From NCBI GenBank assembly GCA_000165345.1, contig CM000433.1:640001-704000 (forward strand): a DNA stretch of 64,000 nt, in the 5' to 3' direction. Under the pieces are notes generated by a model. The model was not told the origin of the DNA. It worked only from the letters and a program-made list of their open reading frames with translations, and did no database searches. Position 1 is the first letter of the stretch. Each line of letters opens with the position of its first letter. Both the position numbers and the translations under genes were made by a program. Of this stretch, positions 18,972 through 29,800 are shown one piece after another.

Positions 18972-21900
18972 ATGGATAGTCCCGAATTTTTGCAATATTT
19001 TTGGGATTTAGGAAGTTTTGAAGAGAAGACATCAGTCTCTTCTATTGAAGGAATTGTAAGATGTCTTGATAATTCGGTTCAGAATTCTATTAATCCTAAA
19101 GTTAAAGATGTAAGTACAAAATCCATAATAATTTTATCAGGTATTAATAATGGCAGAGCTGATCTGGAATATACATTAAGCCGCCTTATTAAAGGTTTGG
19201 AATCTCAGAGAGAATGTGTAAGGAGAGGGTATAGCGCATGCCTATCAATTGTACTGGATAGATATAAGATTCCAGTTTCAGATGTTTTGGAGGGGTTAGA
19301 AAAGCATTATTTAGAGGGAATGAAGAAAGAAGTCAAAGGAAAGGCTTCATCAGGATCAGTTGGAGATGTAAGAGATAGGATTATTGGCCTTCTTCTCGGA
19401 TATTTAGCTATAATTAAGACCGGATTTTTCAAAAAGAACGTATCCAGACCTTATATAGAACAAACTATTGAAAATCTTTGGATGATTTATGGTATAAAGA
19501 TGTATCTACAAGATATGATTTGTGAGATTATATATTTGATTCTTAGAGATTGCTGTGAATATGATCCAAGATTACCAATTAAGTACGTTTCGTCAAAACT
19601 TGGAAATGTTTTTGATAACAGATTTTTGGATAAATCTGAAATGAATGAAGCAAAAAGAAATCAGCTTGCATCTCAAATTCCTGTCTTGTCTTTATTTTTA
19701 AAACTGAGGCTGTTTCTTGAAGGTAGAGATGGAGTTGTTATTAATGGAGTTATTGGTTGTTCCGATATTTCTCAAGCTGGTGATATCTCCGCACGTATTG
19801 GCGATAAATGGGAGGATTGGAATAAGCTATTGTTTAATCCTGGATATACTTTCTATAAGAATAGATGGGAAATTGTTCTTTCTAATATTCAATACTTGTC
19901 GTTATTTAGTCCAAGAATTCCAAGCTTTCTATTCAATTTAATGACTTATATTTTAGAATCACCCTGTTTAAATGAGAAGATATCTGGCAAATTGATTTCT
20001 GATCTAATTCATGAGATTGAAGAAAAGTATTTCTCTGGGGTTTATTCTCCCCAAAAGCACTATTTTGGAGCAAGGATGATCCTCCAAATATTTACTCAAC
20101 TTAAACTTTCAGCATTTTCATTAAAGAAATGTAATTTCTCAGAAAAGTCTTTTATCAGAGCTTTGAAAAACTTTATTTCTGGTCATTCAAAATCTCTCAA
20201 TTGGGCTCTTAAGACTTCTTTGAATGATAAGAATCCTTTATCAGCATTTTCTACATTATTCTTGCAAACATTAGTTGATATTATTACAGGTAGAGGAATA
20301 GAAACTCATTTTGCTCATGGTTCTCAATTTAATCAAATCCAAGATTTTTCAAGGTTTATTTTTGGAACTATAGATGGGTTTTCTACTGAAGCTAATGAGA
20401 GATCAAAACCTGTATATCCTAATCCGAGCATTAACTTAGACGCAAATATCAGGAATTTGATTCCTTTTGTCATCAATGATTTGGTAATTGCATTATTTTG
20501 GGATGAGACTGAAGATATACAAATGTCTAAATTTATGGCTCTTAAAGAGAGCTTGGAGAAGCCTATTTCGATTTCTGGAAAGGAAAGAGTTAGGCTTTTT
20601 TGGATTATTCTCAAGTCTCTTATGTTAAAAACAGGAGCAAAAATGAAACATTTGATTAAAATGTTTTCTGATCTTTTGTCTCAAGAAGAAGGTGAATCCT
20701 TAGACTCTATAATCATTTCACAAGGTATACTTTTAATAGATGAAATTTCAAAGGAATATTCTGATGAAGAAAAACAAAGTAAGTTAGATAAGAAAGATAA
20801 TAATCAAGATGATGTGGATATGGATGACTCAAATTTGGATATAAACAACGAAGAGGAAGATGAGAAAGTCAATATATATTGGAGAAAAATACAATGGGTC
20901 CATAACATAATGTTAGAATTTGTTCAAGTTTCATTTAGTAGCTCTTTAAATAGTGGAGAAGAGAAGAACATTTTACCTCTTGTATTAAAGCTTTCATCTC
21001 AGGTATATCCTTTATTGGATTCTATTATAACTTTTGGAGCTTCTAATGAAAAGTGGATTGAAAATTATCGCCAAATTATTTTCCCTAGACTTGAGAAAAT
21101 TATAGGAAAGTGTACCAATGATTTAGTTCTATCATTGGAAGATGCTCGAAATAATGATGTTATTAATGAAGATTCTGCTCTTATAGAGTCAGTTTCTTCT
21201 TATAGAAATAACATTGCTGAGTTATTTGATAAGGCTAATCAATCTACAAACTTTGAAGATAATAAAAAGCTGTTTAATAAGAATAAGAAGCTTTACAATG
21301 CTATAATAGATGGAAAGACTCCAAAGACTAAGTTTGAAATCTCTTGCATTCTTATTGAGAGCTGTTTGTTAATATATTATATAATGGAAGATTGTAATTC
21401 CAGTTACATTTTAGAATTGATTTCCTCTTTATTAAAGTCAGGTAACAATAAAGGCAAAAGATTGGAAATTATCTTTAACTCAATGATTAAGCTGGATATC
21501 ACTAATGAAGGTAATCAAGTACAAGGTAAAATTGATGATCTAGATACTGATGAAGATAACGACTATCCTAGCTGTCTTGCAGGTCTAAGTCTCCTATTCC
21601 AGCTAAATATCAGAATTTTGGACATTTCTAAAAACTTAAATACAAAACTTCTAGTAGAGTTTTCTCGAAAGATTGCTCAACTTCCTGATTTATTAAATGC
21701 TCACTCAAGTTTAATGGATGGAAATGATGAGAATTATGACGATGAAGATTCTGAAATTGAAGCTGAAATTGATACAGATAATGAAAATGAAAGTACTGTT
21801 GGAGCTGGAGGTAAGAGAGGAGGATCTAAGCACAGCTCATCTCTAGAAAATGATGAAGTTTCTCAGCTTTTGAAACCAAATATCTTCTCTAAAGAATGTA

Positions 21901-23261
21901 ATCTTTCTAATGATGGCTTTAAAGAAAATGAGGATGACAATACTGATGATGAAAATAGTGGTGAGGAAGGTGATAGTAAAGATGAGATTATATCATATAA
22001 TGACAGTAATTCCATGATTTCACATTTACTGAATGATGAAAATACTCCATTACCTCCCAAGTATGAAAGACAGAGAGAACAAAAAGAGCAAGAGAAGTTA
22101 CAAATCCAAAGAATTAACAATGAAATGCAGAATAAGTTAAGGATGTTGGAAACAATATCTTTGATTTCTGAACAATATAAACCAAAAAATATTCAAGATA
22201 GAGAGATTTATACTGGTTTAGTTCGTACAATAATATTGCTATTGGAAGGATTTAGACTGGGATGTAAACACGCTCTATATTATTCTATTAGAAGTACTTT
22301 GACAATTTTTTCAGACTATGTGAATAAATTGGCTTCAACAATAAATAAATTAATGCATTTGGATGTTTTAAAAGAGAAAAATAACACAAATTTGGATGAG
22401 TTAGGGGATTTATTTAAACTTTTAGTCCATATAATTGGTAAACCAATTGTTGAGCCTCAAACAATGAGCCGTTGGAGTAAGAAAAACAATGGAAAGCAAC
22501 TTAGAAAAAAGATGGAAAATTATTCCAAACATTTTGAGACATTTTCAATCAATTTAATTGCTTTAATTATAATGATGGATAGAGAAAATGTATTGATTGG
22601 CCAACTTATAGCACAAGATCTGATAAAGAAATGGATTAGTCAGAAAAGATTTGGCATTGTCACATCTTCATTCTTGACTAAACTAATGCATAGAATTAAG
22701 AATTCTAATAATAATAACTCTTTAAGGTTTTTAACACAAAGTTTCATAAATAATTTTGAAGAAACTGTTAAATATTCGAAAGGTTCATATCAGCTTAGAG
22801 AATATACTACTTTAATTAACCATACTCTAATAGCATGTAGCACCGGCTCAGAAGGTTCTAGTGAAGATAATGATAAATATATTCAAGATATGATTCAAGT
22901 TGTAGTGAAAATGATTGATAGTTGTATTTCCAGTAATACAATAGAAGAAGCTAGTAAAGTTTCTTCAGATTCTGAAAATATCAAATTCACCACTGAAATG
23001 CAAAGATTAGAACTTTTAAAATCTTTAATTTCTCTTTCAAAATCTATTATTATAATAGAAAATAATTCTAATACTATTGATAATAATAATAGCAAAGATA
23101 TTGGTATTTTAGAGAGAAAAATTTCGGAATCTAATAATTATTTGAATTCATTTAACCAGAATTATAGCTCAGGAAAGGTAAAGAGACAAATCAATAAGCT
23201 CAAGAACATCATTAACAGTTCAAATAATAACAAAGGAAGTAAAAGAATGAAAGTTTATTAA
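18972..23261 (+). CDS. POL5: DNA polymerase V/phi (Pol5) / MYB-binding protein 1A family nucleolar protein.
   Basis: N-terminus FLQYFWDLGSFEEK and YTLSRLIKGLESQRECVRRGYSACLSIVL aligns with MYBBP1A FLDFFWDIAKPEQE and YALKRLITGLGVGRETARPCYSLALAQLL. 1429 aa with an acidic D/E-rich block, as in the family. E2F-like TTTGGGCGGGC lies upstream at 18911. Confidence 0.75.
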   Translation: MDSPEFLQYFWDLGSFEEKTSVSSIEGIVRCLDNSVQNSINPKVKDVSTKSIIILSGINNGRADLEYTLSRLIKGLESQRECVRRGYSACLSIVLDRYKIPVSDVLEGLEKHYLEGMKKEVKGKASSGSVGDVRDRIIGLLLGYLAIIKTGFFKKNVSRPYIEQTIENLWMIYGIKMYLQDMICEIIYLILRDCCEYDPRLPIKYVSSKLGNVFDNRFLDKSEMNEAKRNQLASQIPVLSLFLKLRLFLEGRDGVVINGVIGCSDISQAGDISARIGDKWEDWNKLLFNPGYTFYKNRWEIVLSNIQYLSLFSPRIPSFLFNLMTYILESPCLNEKISGKLISDLIHEIEEKYFSGVYSPQKHYFGARMILQIFTQLKLSAFSLKKCNFSEKSFIRALKNFISGHSKSLNWALKTSLNDKNPLSAFSTLFLQTLVDIITGRGIETHFAHGSQFNQIQDFSRFIFGTIDGFSTEANERSKPVYPNPSINLDANIRNLIPFVINDLVIALFWDETEDIQMSKFMALKESLEKPISISGKERVRLFWIILKSLMLKTGAKMKHLIKMFSDLLSQEEGESLDSIIISQGILLIDEISKEYSDEEKQSKLDKKDNNQDDVDMDDSNLDINNEEEDEKVNIYWRKIQWVHNIMLEFVQVSFSSSLNSGEEKNILPLVLKLSSQVYPLLDSIITFGASNEKWIENYRQIIFPRLEKIIGKCTNDLVLSLEDARNNDVINEDSALIESVSSYRNNIAELFDKANQSTNFEDNKKLFNKNKKLYNAIIDGKTPKTKFEISCILIESCLLIYYIMEDCNSSYILELISSLLKSGNNKGKRLEIIFNSMIKLDITNEGNQVQGKIDDLDTDEDNDYPSCLAGLSLLFQLNIRILDISKNLNTKLLVEFSRKIAQLPDLLNAHSSLMDGNDENYDDEDSEIEAEIDTDNENESTVGAGGKRGGSKHSSSLENDEVSQLLKPNIFSKECNLSNDGFKENEDDNTDDENSGEEGDSKDEIISYNDSNSMISHLLNDENTPLPPKYERQREQKEQEKLQIQRINNEMQNKLRMLETISLISEQYKPKNIQDREIYTGLVRTIILLLEGFRLGCKHALYYSIRSTLTIFSDYVNKLASTINKLMHLDVLKEKNNTNLDELGDLFKLLVHIIGKPIVEPQTMSRWSKKNNGKQLRKKMENYSKHFETFSINLIALIIMMDRENVLIGQLIAQDLIKKWISQKRFGIVTSSFLTKLMHRIKNSNNNNSLRFLTQSFINNFEETVKYSKGSYQLREYTTLINHTLIACSTGSEGSSEDNDKYIQDMIQVVVKMIDSCISSNTIEEASKVSSDSENIKFTTEMQRLELLKSLISLSKSIIIIENNSNTIDNNNSKDIGILERKISESNNYLNSFNQNYSSGKVKRQINKLKNIINSSNNNKGSKRMKVY

Positions 23262-23601
23262 GTATAGGAAAAGCCTTGCATGCAAATGCATACATAACAT
23301 TATATATTTAGAAGATTAGAGAGAGTTGTTCTTAATCTTTTTTTTTTACTGGAGAATCTAAATTTAAATGCTTATTTATTAAAATCTAGAATACATCATT
23401 TAAAATTTGTCTTTTCTTATTATCTTTATATTGTTCATATTTTTATTTGTAATGGATGGGCGTGACATGCGCATGTTTTGGCGGGAAATGTTCCTCACAA
23501 AAGAAATACATAAAAAGGTAACGAAAAATATAATGACAAAGACTAAGTATTGAATAAATAATTAGAATTGAATAAGTGGCTTATTTTGAGAAATTGGATT
23601 A

Positions 23602-24393
23602 ATGAGAAGGTATAGTTCAGAGGAAGATGATGAGTTTTACTCAGATTCGATAGAGTGTAGTGAGTTTGAAGATTCAATAGAAATGGTAAGAAGCCAGAAT
23701 GTGGGGAATAAAGAATTTGAAGAGGAGGATGGAATAGAAGTGGAGGATGAGGAGGAAAATAATAGTGATAATAATAATGAATACGGGATTTTGAATTCTC
23801 ATAAAAGATTTAGAAAGATTGAATCTTCACAGGAAAGTTATACACAAAATAGTAATTTTAATTACTTGAATAATGAAATTAAGGATATTAATAGTAAGAT
23901 AGAATTAATAAATAGTAACATTGAGAATATAATAACAAATTCAGGAAATTTGTCAAATCCTGTATGTATTTTGGAACAAATACCTACAGATAATAAGAAT
24001 TCAGGAAAGAAAGTTTTAATTCAAGTTGGGAATTCTGGACTCAAGATTGGAAGGAATTCGGACTGTGATTTTCCTGGTAAAATGGTTCCAAATAAGAATT
24101 TACTGAGGCTTTCTAGAAATCATGCTTATTTATATGTTAAAAAGAATAATAAAGGTAAAGATCAGATTTATCTTGTTGATTGTAATTCTGCAAACGGGAC
24201 TTATGTAAATAATATAAGGATAAAGAACAAAATTCTAAAGTCAAATGATATTCTTTCTTTTGGAGAGAAAGATGATGATAACGATAATAGTCAAAGATTT
24301 GAGCAGAAATTGTCATTAAATCAGCAAAGAAGAAAAAATATTTTAACAAGTGAAAACTATTGTAAATTTAAAGTAATATTATGTAATAATTAA
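23602..24393 (+). CDS. FHA-domain protein with an acidic N-terminus (SNIP1/Pml1-like architecture).
   Basis: C-terminal FHA signature: KIGRNSDCDF...RLSRNHAYLYVKKN...IYLVDCNSANGTYVNNIRI (GR...SR.HA...D..S.NGT..N). Upstream motif GACATGCGCATGTTTTGGCGGGAAATG at 23465-23490. Confidence 0.7.
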   Translation: MRRYSSEEDDEFYSDSIECSEFEDSIEMVRSQNVGNKEFEEEDGIEVEDEEENNSDNNNEYGILNSHKRFRKIESSQESYTQNSNFNYLNNEIKDINSKIELINSNIENIITNSGNLSNPVCILEQIPTDNKNSGKKVLIQVGNSGLKIGRNSDCDFPGKMVPNKNLLRLSRNHAYLYVKKNNKGKDQIYLVDCNSANGTYVNNIRIKNKILKSNDILSFGEKDDDNDNSQRFEQKLSLNQQRRKNILTSENYCKFKVILCNN

Positions 24394-24418
24394 ATTAAGA
24401 AATATTTCTATTAATCAT

Positions 24419-26095
24419 TTACTTTTTAACCTTTGAATTTTTATAATTACTACTACTCTTTATTTGTGCATGATTTTTCTCCTTTACATGAGCAAATAAC
24501 TTATTTCTGGATTCAAAAACTTGGTTACATACTAAACATTTCCACATTAATTCTTTACTATTGTTGTTATTGTTATTGCTATTAGTATTTCCTTTTACAG
24601 TTTTATCTCCTTTCTTCTTTCCTTTTGATTTTTTACTAGTCATTGCTGATCCTCCCTCAGATTCTAAGTTTGCAGAATCTTCGAAATCATCAAATAGTAG
24701 CTTATTTTTTCCTTTAGTCCCTTTTCTATTCAAACTATCCATCATTTCTGTAATTTTTTCCACGCTGATATCTTCTTCTTCCTCATCCTCATCTTCATCC
24801 TCCTCTTTTTTCTCTTCAATTTCGCAATGATTTTCACTTTCGTATTCTTCCCCTCTCAGCTTTTGTTGTTTGTGTTTCTTCTTTTGATTCTGCTTCTGTT
24901 TCTGTTTCAAATCATTTTTATCCAAGAAACGTTCTTTTTCATCTTCTGACTCTAATTCTGAAAAAATAAATGTGTCTTCACCTTTTCCAAAATCCATAGG
25001 ATCAGATTCTGGATGATTATCATCTGTTTCTTCTGAACTATCAACCTTATTGTTAATCAATAAATTATACTTTTCAGGGTCTTTCTTCTTCAACTCATTA
25101 AGCTTTGATACATGTTTCTTACTATTGATATGTGAATTATACTGTTGTTTACTTTTAAAGGTTTTATTACACAATTTACAAGAGTAAATAACAGTCTCAT
25201 AAGATTTAATATCTTGATCACTTTCTTGAACATAATCATCCCCATATAACTCCCTTCTCTCAGCCTCCAACTCCTCCATTCTCTTAATCTCTTCAATTCT
25301 TGCCTCCTCTCTAGCTCTTCTTCTAACCTCTTCCTCCATTTTTTTTTGCATTTCTTTTTCCTTTTGTAATTTAATCATTTGCTCAGATTTATTTCTCATA
25401 TATGAAACAACTCTTGGATCTCTCTTCTTTACATATTCGGTAAGCTTCCTAATTGTTTCATTATACTCCTTTCTTCCTTTTTTTCTCTCCTTAATATTCT
25501 CAGTTTCCATTGCTCTTCTTATTTGTCTATTTTGAGCCTGATTTAAATTCCATAAATCTTTCCAAGAAAATGTACGTGTAGATGAAAAATTACTCCAAAA
25601 CCTATAGAATTCCATTACAGTATCTAAATTTGTTTTACTATCTCCAAATCTGTTCGCATTCTTCCAAAATGTATATTCTTTTGAATCTTTTGATAAATAC
25701 TTCATTTCCTCCTCTATAATATCCTCAAATAATTTCTTATAAACTGTATAAAATCCATCTTTTTCATCATTAAAATCACCAAATACGTCTCTTGAAAAAT
25801 ACTGCCATAAATTTATTTCTGATGGGTCATAATTTGGATCATCTTCATTGTATGCCCCTGAACTACTTTCTGATAAAATCTGCTTTCTATGAGAGTCATA
25901 CCAAGCTCTTTCATTTGGATCACTTAGAACTTCATAAGCTGCTGCTATTAATTGAAATCTATGAGTTGCTTCCTCTATATTATTTCTATTCTTATCAGGA
26001 TGCCATTTTAATGATAACTGTTTATAAGCTTGACGAATCTCATCGAATGTTGCCTTATAATCCACCTGTAAAATTGAATAGTGACACTCTTTCAT
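24419..26095 (-). CDS. DNAJC21: J-domain protein with two C2H2 zinc fingers (JJJ1 / DNAJC21-like cytosolic ribosome-biogenesis cochaperone). Start refined to the Met at 26095 (MKECHYSILQV...).
   Basis: J domain with HPDKN. MKECHYSIL... parallels yeast Jjj1 MKTCYYELLGV, and the domain ends ...YEVLSDPNERAWYD. C2H2 fingers YSCKLCNKTFKSKQQYNSHINSKKH and WKCLVCNQVFESRNKLFAHVKEKNH. The ORF-track start at 26164 adds 23 unlikely residues. Confidence 0.85.
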   Translation of the reverse strand: MKECHYSILQVDYKATFDEIRQAYKQLSLKWHPDKNRNNIEEATHRFQLIAAAYEVLSDPNERAWYDSHRKQILSESSSGAYNEDDPNYDPSEINLWQYFSRDVFGDFNDEKDGFYTVYKKLFEDIIEEEMKYLSKDSKEYTFWKNANRFGDSKTNLDTVMEFYRFWSNFSSTRTFSWKDLWNLNQAQNRQIRRAMETENIKERKKGRKEYNETIRKLTEYVKKRDPRVVSYMRNKSEQMIKLQKEKEMQKKMEEEVRRRAREEARIEEIKRMEELEAERRELYGDDYVQESDQDIKSYETVIYSCKLCNKTFKSKQQYNSHINSKKHVSKLNELKKKDPEKYNLLINNKVDSSEETDDNHPESDPMDFGKGEDTFIFSELESEDEKERFLDKNDLKQKQKQNQKKKHKQQKLRGEEYESENHCEIEEKKEEDEDEDEEEEDISVEKITEMMDSLNRKGTKGKNKLLFDDFEDSANLESEGGSAMTSKKSKGKKKGDKTVKGNTNSNNNNNNSKELMWKCLVCNQVFESRNKLFAHVKEKNHAQIKSSSNYKNSKVKK

Positions 26096-26469
26096 TACTA
26101 TAAATCTTTCAAAACCATTTCTTTTCCAAAATTTAATCACTATTACTGACTTTAATGCTGTCAAATTCCAATTCCCGCCATAACTTTAAGTAATTAATGA
26201 CAGTATTTTCAAAAAAATTTTTTTTAGTAATAATCTGCTCGGAATTATAAAGTTCTAAAAATAAACCAACTCAAATTCATATATTAATTTTTTTAATTGC
26301 TTCATTATAGTGAGAATTCTTTTAATTTGTTATTATTTCTTTCATATATTAAAAAAACAAAATTCTACTAAATTCATTCCATTCTATTATAACAATATTT
26401 AATATTAGATAAAATAAATATTAACTATTTAAAATATTATTTGAATCATTTTTTTTTAAACTATTGCAA

Positions 26470-26600
26470 TTTCATGTGGACGCATGTAATGCATGTCAGT
26501 ATAAAAACAATTATTGCAAAGTTTCTATACCGGTAAAATAAAGTTACGAAATGATTAATACCCTCAAAAGCCCGGTAAAAAAATGACAATTTCCACGTAT
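26470..26600. promoter_or_regulatory. Divergent promoter region (DNAJC21 on minus / BRR2 on plus) with the same composite as at 15810-15915: CATGTGGACGCATG, GCATG, CTATACCGGTA, plus CCCGGTA and TTCCACGTA.
   Basis: tttcatgtggacgcatgtaatgcatgtcagt ... gtttctataccggtaaaataaag ... aaaagcccggtaaaaaaatgacaatttccacgtat. Confidence 0.55.
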
Positions 26601-26855
26601 AGTATAATATAAAAATATTTATTTTTTTAATTATTTTTAAAAATAATTTTAAAAAATTGTTTCTTAAAGCTTGGAAGTTATTTTAATAGTTAGAATTAAT
26701 GCTAAGAAATACTTGAACCAGACCCATCAAACTATTAAAAGTTTAGGTGTTTTTTTTTTTAAAGGTTTACTTTATTTTCATTATTGATTTAATCGGAGAC
26801 GTATATAACGTAAGCTTTAATTTATTGATTGCTATATAAATATTATGTCAAAAAA

Positions 26856-29800
26856 ATGGCTGACGATTATGAAATGTCCAAGAGATTTGGATATAAAGCT
26901 AATAGTAATTTGGTAATTCAAACTAGTCAAAGAAGCAGAGAAAATGTACCAACAGGAGAAGCAGAGAGTTTGGCTGGGAGGATTAAGTATAAGATGGGAG
27001 ATTTGGCTAATAAACGAGCGAAACCTAAAATCAAAGAGAAGAAACATGTTAAAAAAAAATCAAACAGAAGCATTGTTAATGAAAATGACTCGGGTAATAT
27101 CTTAGATTTAGATCTTCGAAGTGCAGGAAACTCCTATACTCCAACTACAATGGAAACAAGACTTGCTTATGATGAGTTATTAGGGATTTTGACAGATATT
27201 CTAGGGTCTCAACCAAGCAAAATATTGGAAGATACAGCTTTTGAATTGCTTATAGTTCTTAAAAACGATGAATTGAGAGATGAGGAAAAATATAAGAAGT
27301 GCAAGGAGATAATTATTCAGCTAAATAATACAACATATAGTGATATATTAGATAAAAGCAGGAGAATTGTTGACTTTACTTTAAATATGGAAGAGATGGA
27401 TGATTCTCAAAATAAGCAAACTGAGGAAGCTTCTGAAGTTGCGGTAATTTTTGATGAAAGTGATTCTGAGAAAAGAAAAGGTGAACTTTCTGATGGAGAT
27501 GATGACAGTGAAAACGATAGTGATACTAGTGAAAGTGATGATGAAGAGGATAACGATTATGATGATGATAATGAATACTACGAAGAATATGAAAACGATG
27601 TCACTTTGGAAATTGGAAAGGACGAGGCTGAGAATTATCTCAATGATGAGAATTATAGTCGTGATAATGATTATAATGAGAATCATGAGCATTCAGGATA
27701 TATTCGATTAAAGAACAAGGATGAATACCTAAAGGAAAATGAAGATCCCGATATTATTGAGATTAGGAAATTGGATGCTTATTGGCTACAAAGAGAGCTA
27801 TATTCACTTTTTCAAGATGCAGATAAATCCTTGGATATGGAAAAGGAGATCATTTCTATTTTGAATTTAGAGGATGATCAAGAGTGTGAGAATTCTCTTG
27901 TTATGATGTTTAATTACGAGCATTTTAATTGGATTAAGAAAGTCTTAAAAAATAGATGGAGTATATATTTTTGTACAATACTTGGTCAGGCACCTTCAGA
28001 TTCTGAAAGGGAAAAGATTATAGATAGAATGAGAAATCATCAAAAAGGATCAGAAGTCTTAGATTTATTTAGTAAGCCTTCATTATGGAAAAACAAGGAT
28101 TCTGATTTTTTTAAATCAATTAATAAGTATATTGAGGAGACTACGGGTGTTATGACTGGTTTAGATGATGAAGATAAGAATCTAATAACTTCTAGAAAAC
28201 CTCATGGAAAACTTTTAGATCTTGAGAGAATATATCAAGAACAGAGTTTGAATTTAAATTTAAGCACAAAAGTAGTACTTCCTCAAGGATCTGAACGTAT
28301 AGAAAATGCTGATTATGATTCTATTACTATTCCTCCATCAAAAAGACAAATTAAGGAAAAGCAAAGATTAATTTCTATTGAAGAGCTTCCAGAGTGGAGT
28401 AGGGAATGCTTTAGATGTGTATCAGTATCATATTTGAATGAAATTCAAAGTAGAGTTTTTGAGACAGCTTTTAAAGATTTTGAAGAAAATTTGTTAGTTT
28501 GTGCTCCAACAGGATCAGGTAAGACTAACATTGCTATGCTTTGCATTTTGAATATAATTTCACAATTTATTGAGCCTCAAAATAATGGAAAATTTACATT
28601 GGACACTTCTAAATTCAAAATTGTATATGTATCACCAATGAAAGCTTTGGTATCGGAACAAGTTGAATCCTTAAGAATTCGACTAAGACCTCTTGGGATT
28701 CTAGTAAATGAGATGACAGGCGATACACGAATTAGTAGATCACTTATGGAAATGACCCAAGTATTCATTACTACACCAGAAAAATTTGATGTTGTCACTA
28801 GAAAATCTACTGATGGTCTTTCTGAAAAACTTAAGTTAATCATATTTGATGAAGTTCATATGTTACACGACTCCAGGGGATCAGTATTGGAAGGAATTGT
28901 TGCAAGATTTAAGAAAAGTTTTACAAGATTAGTGGGATTGTCAGCAACATTACCCAATTTTATAGATGTTGCAGAATTCCTAAATGTTAATCCAAAAAGA
29001 GGTCTTTATCATTTTGGTCCAGAATTCAGACCTGTTCCTCTTTTACAAACATTTATTGGTATTAAAGCAAAGAAGGGGTTCAAGAAGTTGCAATTAATGA
29101 ATAGCCTTGTATATGATACAGTAATTAAAGATATAACAAATCATCAAATTTTGGTTTTTGTCCATTCCAGAAAAGATACAATTCATACTGCAAAATACAT
29201 TAGAGATACTGCAACAGAAAATGGAATGCTTAATTTGTTCTTTTCTGGAAACAATAATGTTTCTAGAGAAATTATTTTGGATGAAGTTAATAATATCAAA
29301 TCGAATAATCTTAAAGAAATATTACCTTGTGGAATTGGTATTCATCATGCAGGATTAGTAAGATCTGATAGAAAAGTAGTTGAAGACTTATTTTCTGATG
29401 GACATATTAAAGTTCTTGTTACCACAGCAACTTTAGCTTGGGGTGTAAATTTACCAGCTCATACTGTAATTATTAAAGGGACTCAAATTTATCAACCAGA
29501 AAGGGGAGAATGGACAGAACTTTCACCTTTGGATATGTTACAAATGATTGGAAGAGGAGGTAGGCCTCAATACGATAATAACGGCCATGGAGTTGTTATA
29601 ACAGATTTTGATCATTTAACTTATTATCTTTCTTTGTTGAATCAACAGCTCAATATAGAATCTCAATTAATTCCAAAATTACCAGATCTTATTAATGCTG
29701 AGATATCTCTTGGTAATGTTCAAAATAAAAGAGATGCTCTTGATTGGATTAAAAAGACTTTCTTGTACATTCGAATAATTAGAAATCCAAGTTTGTATGG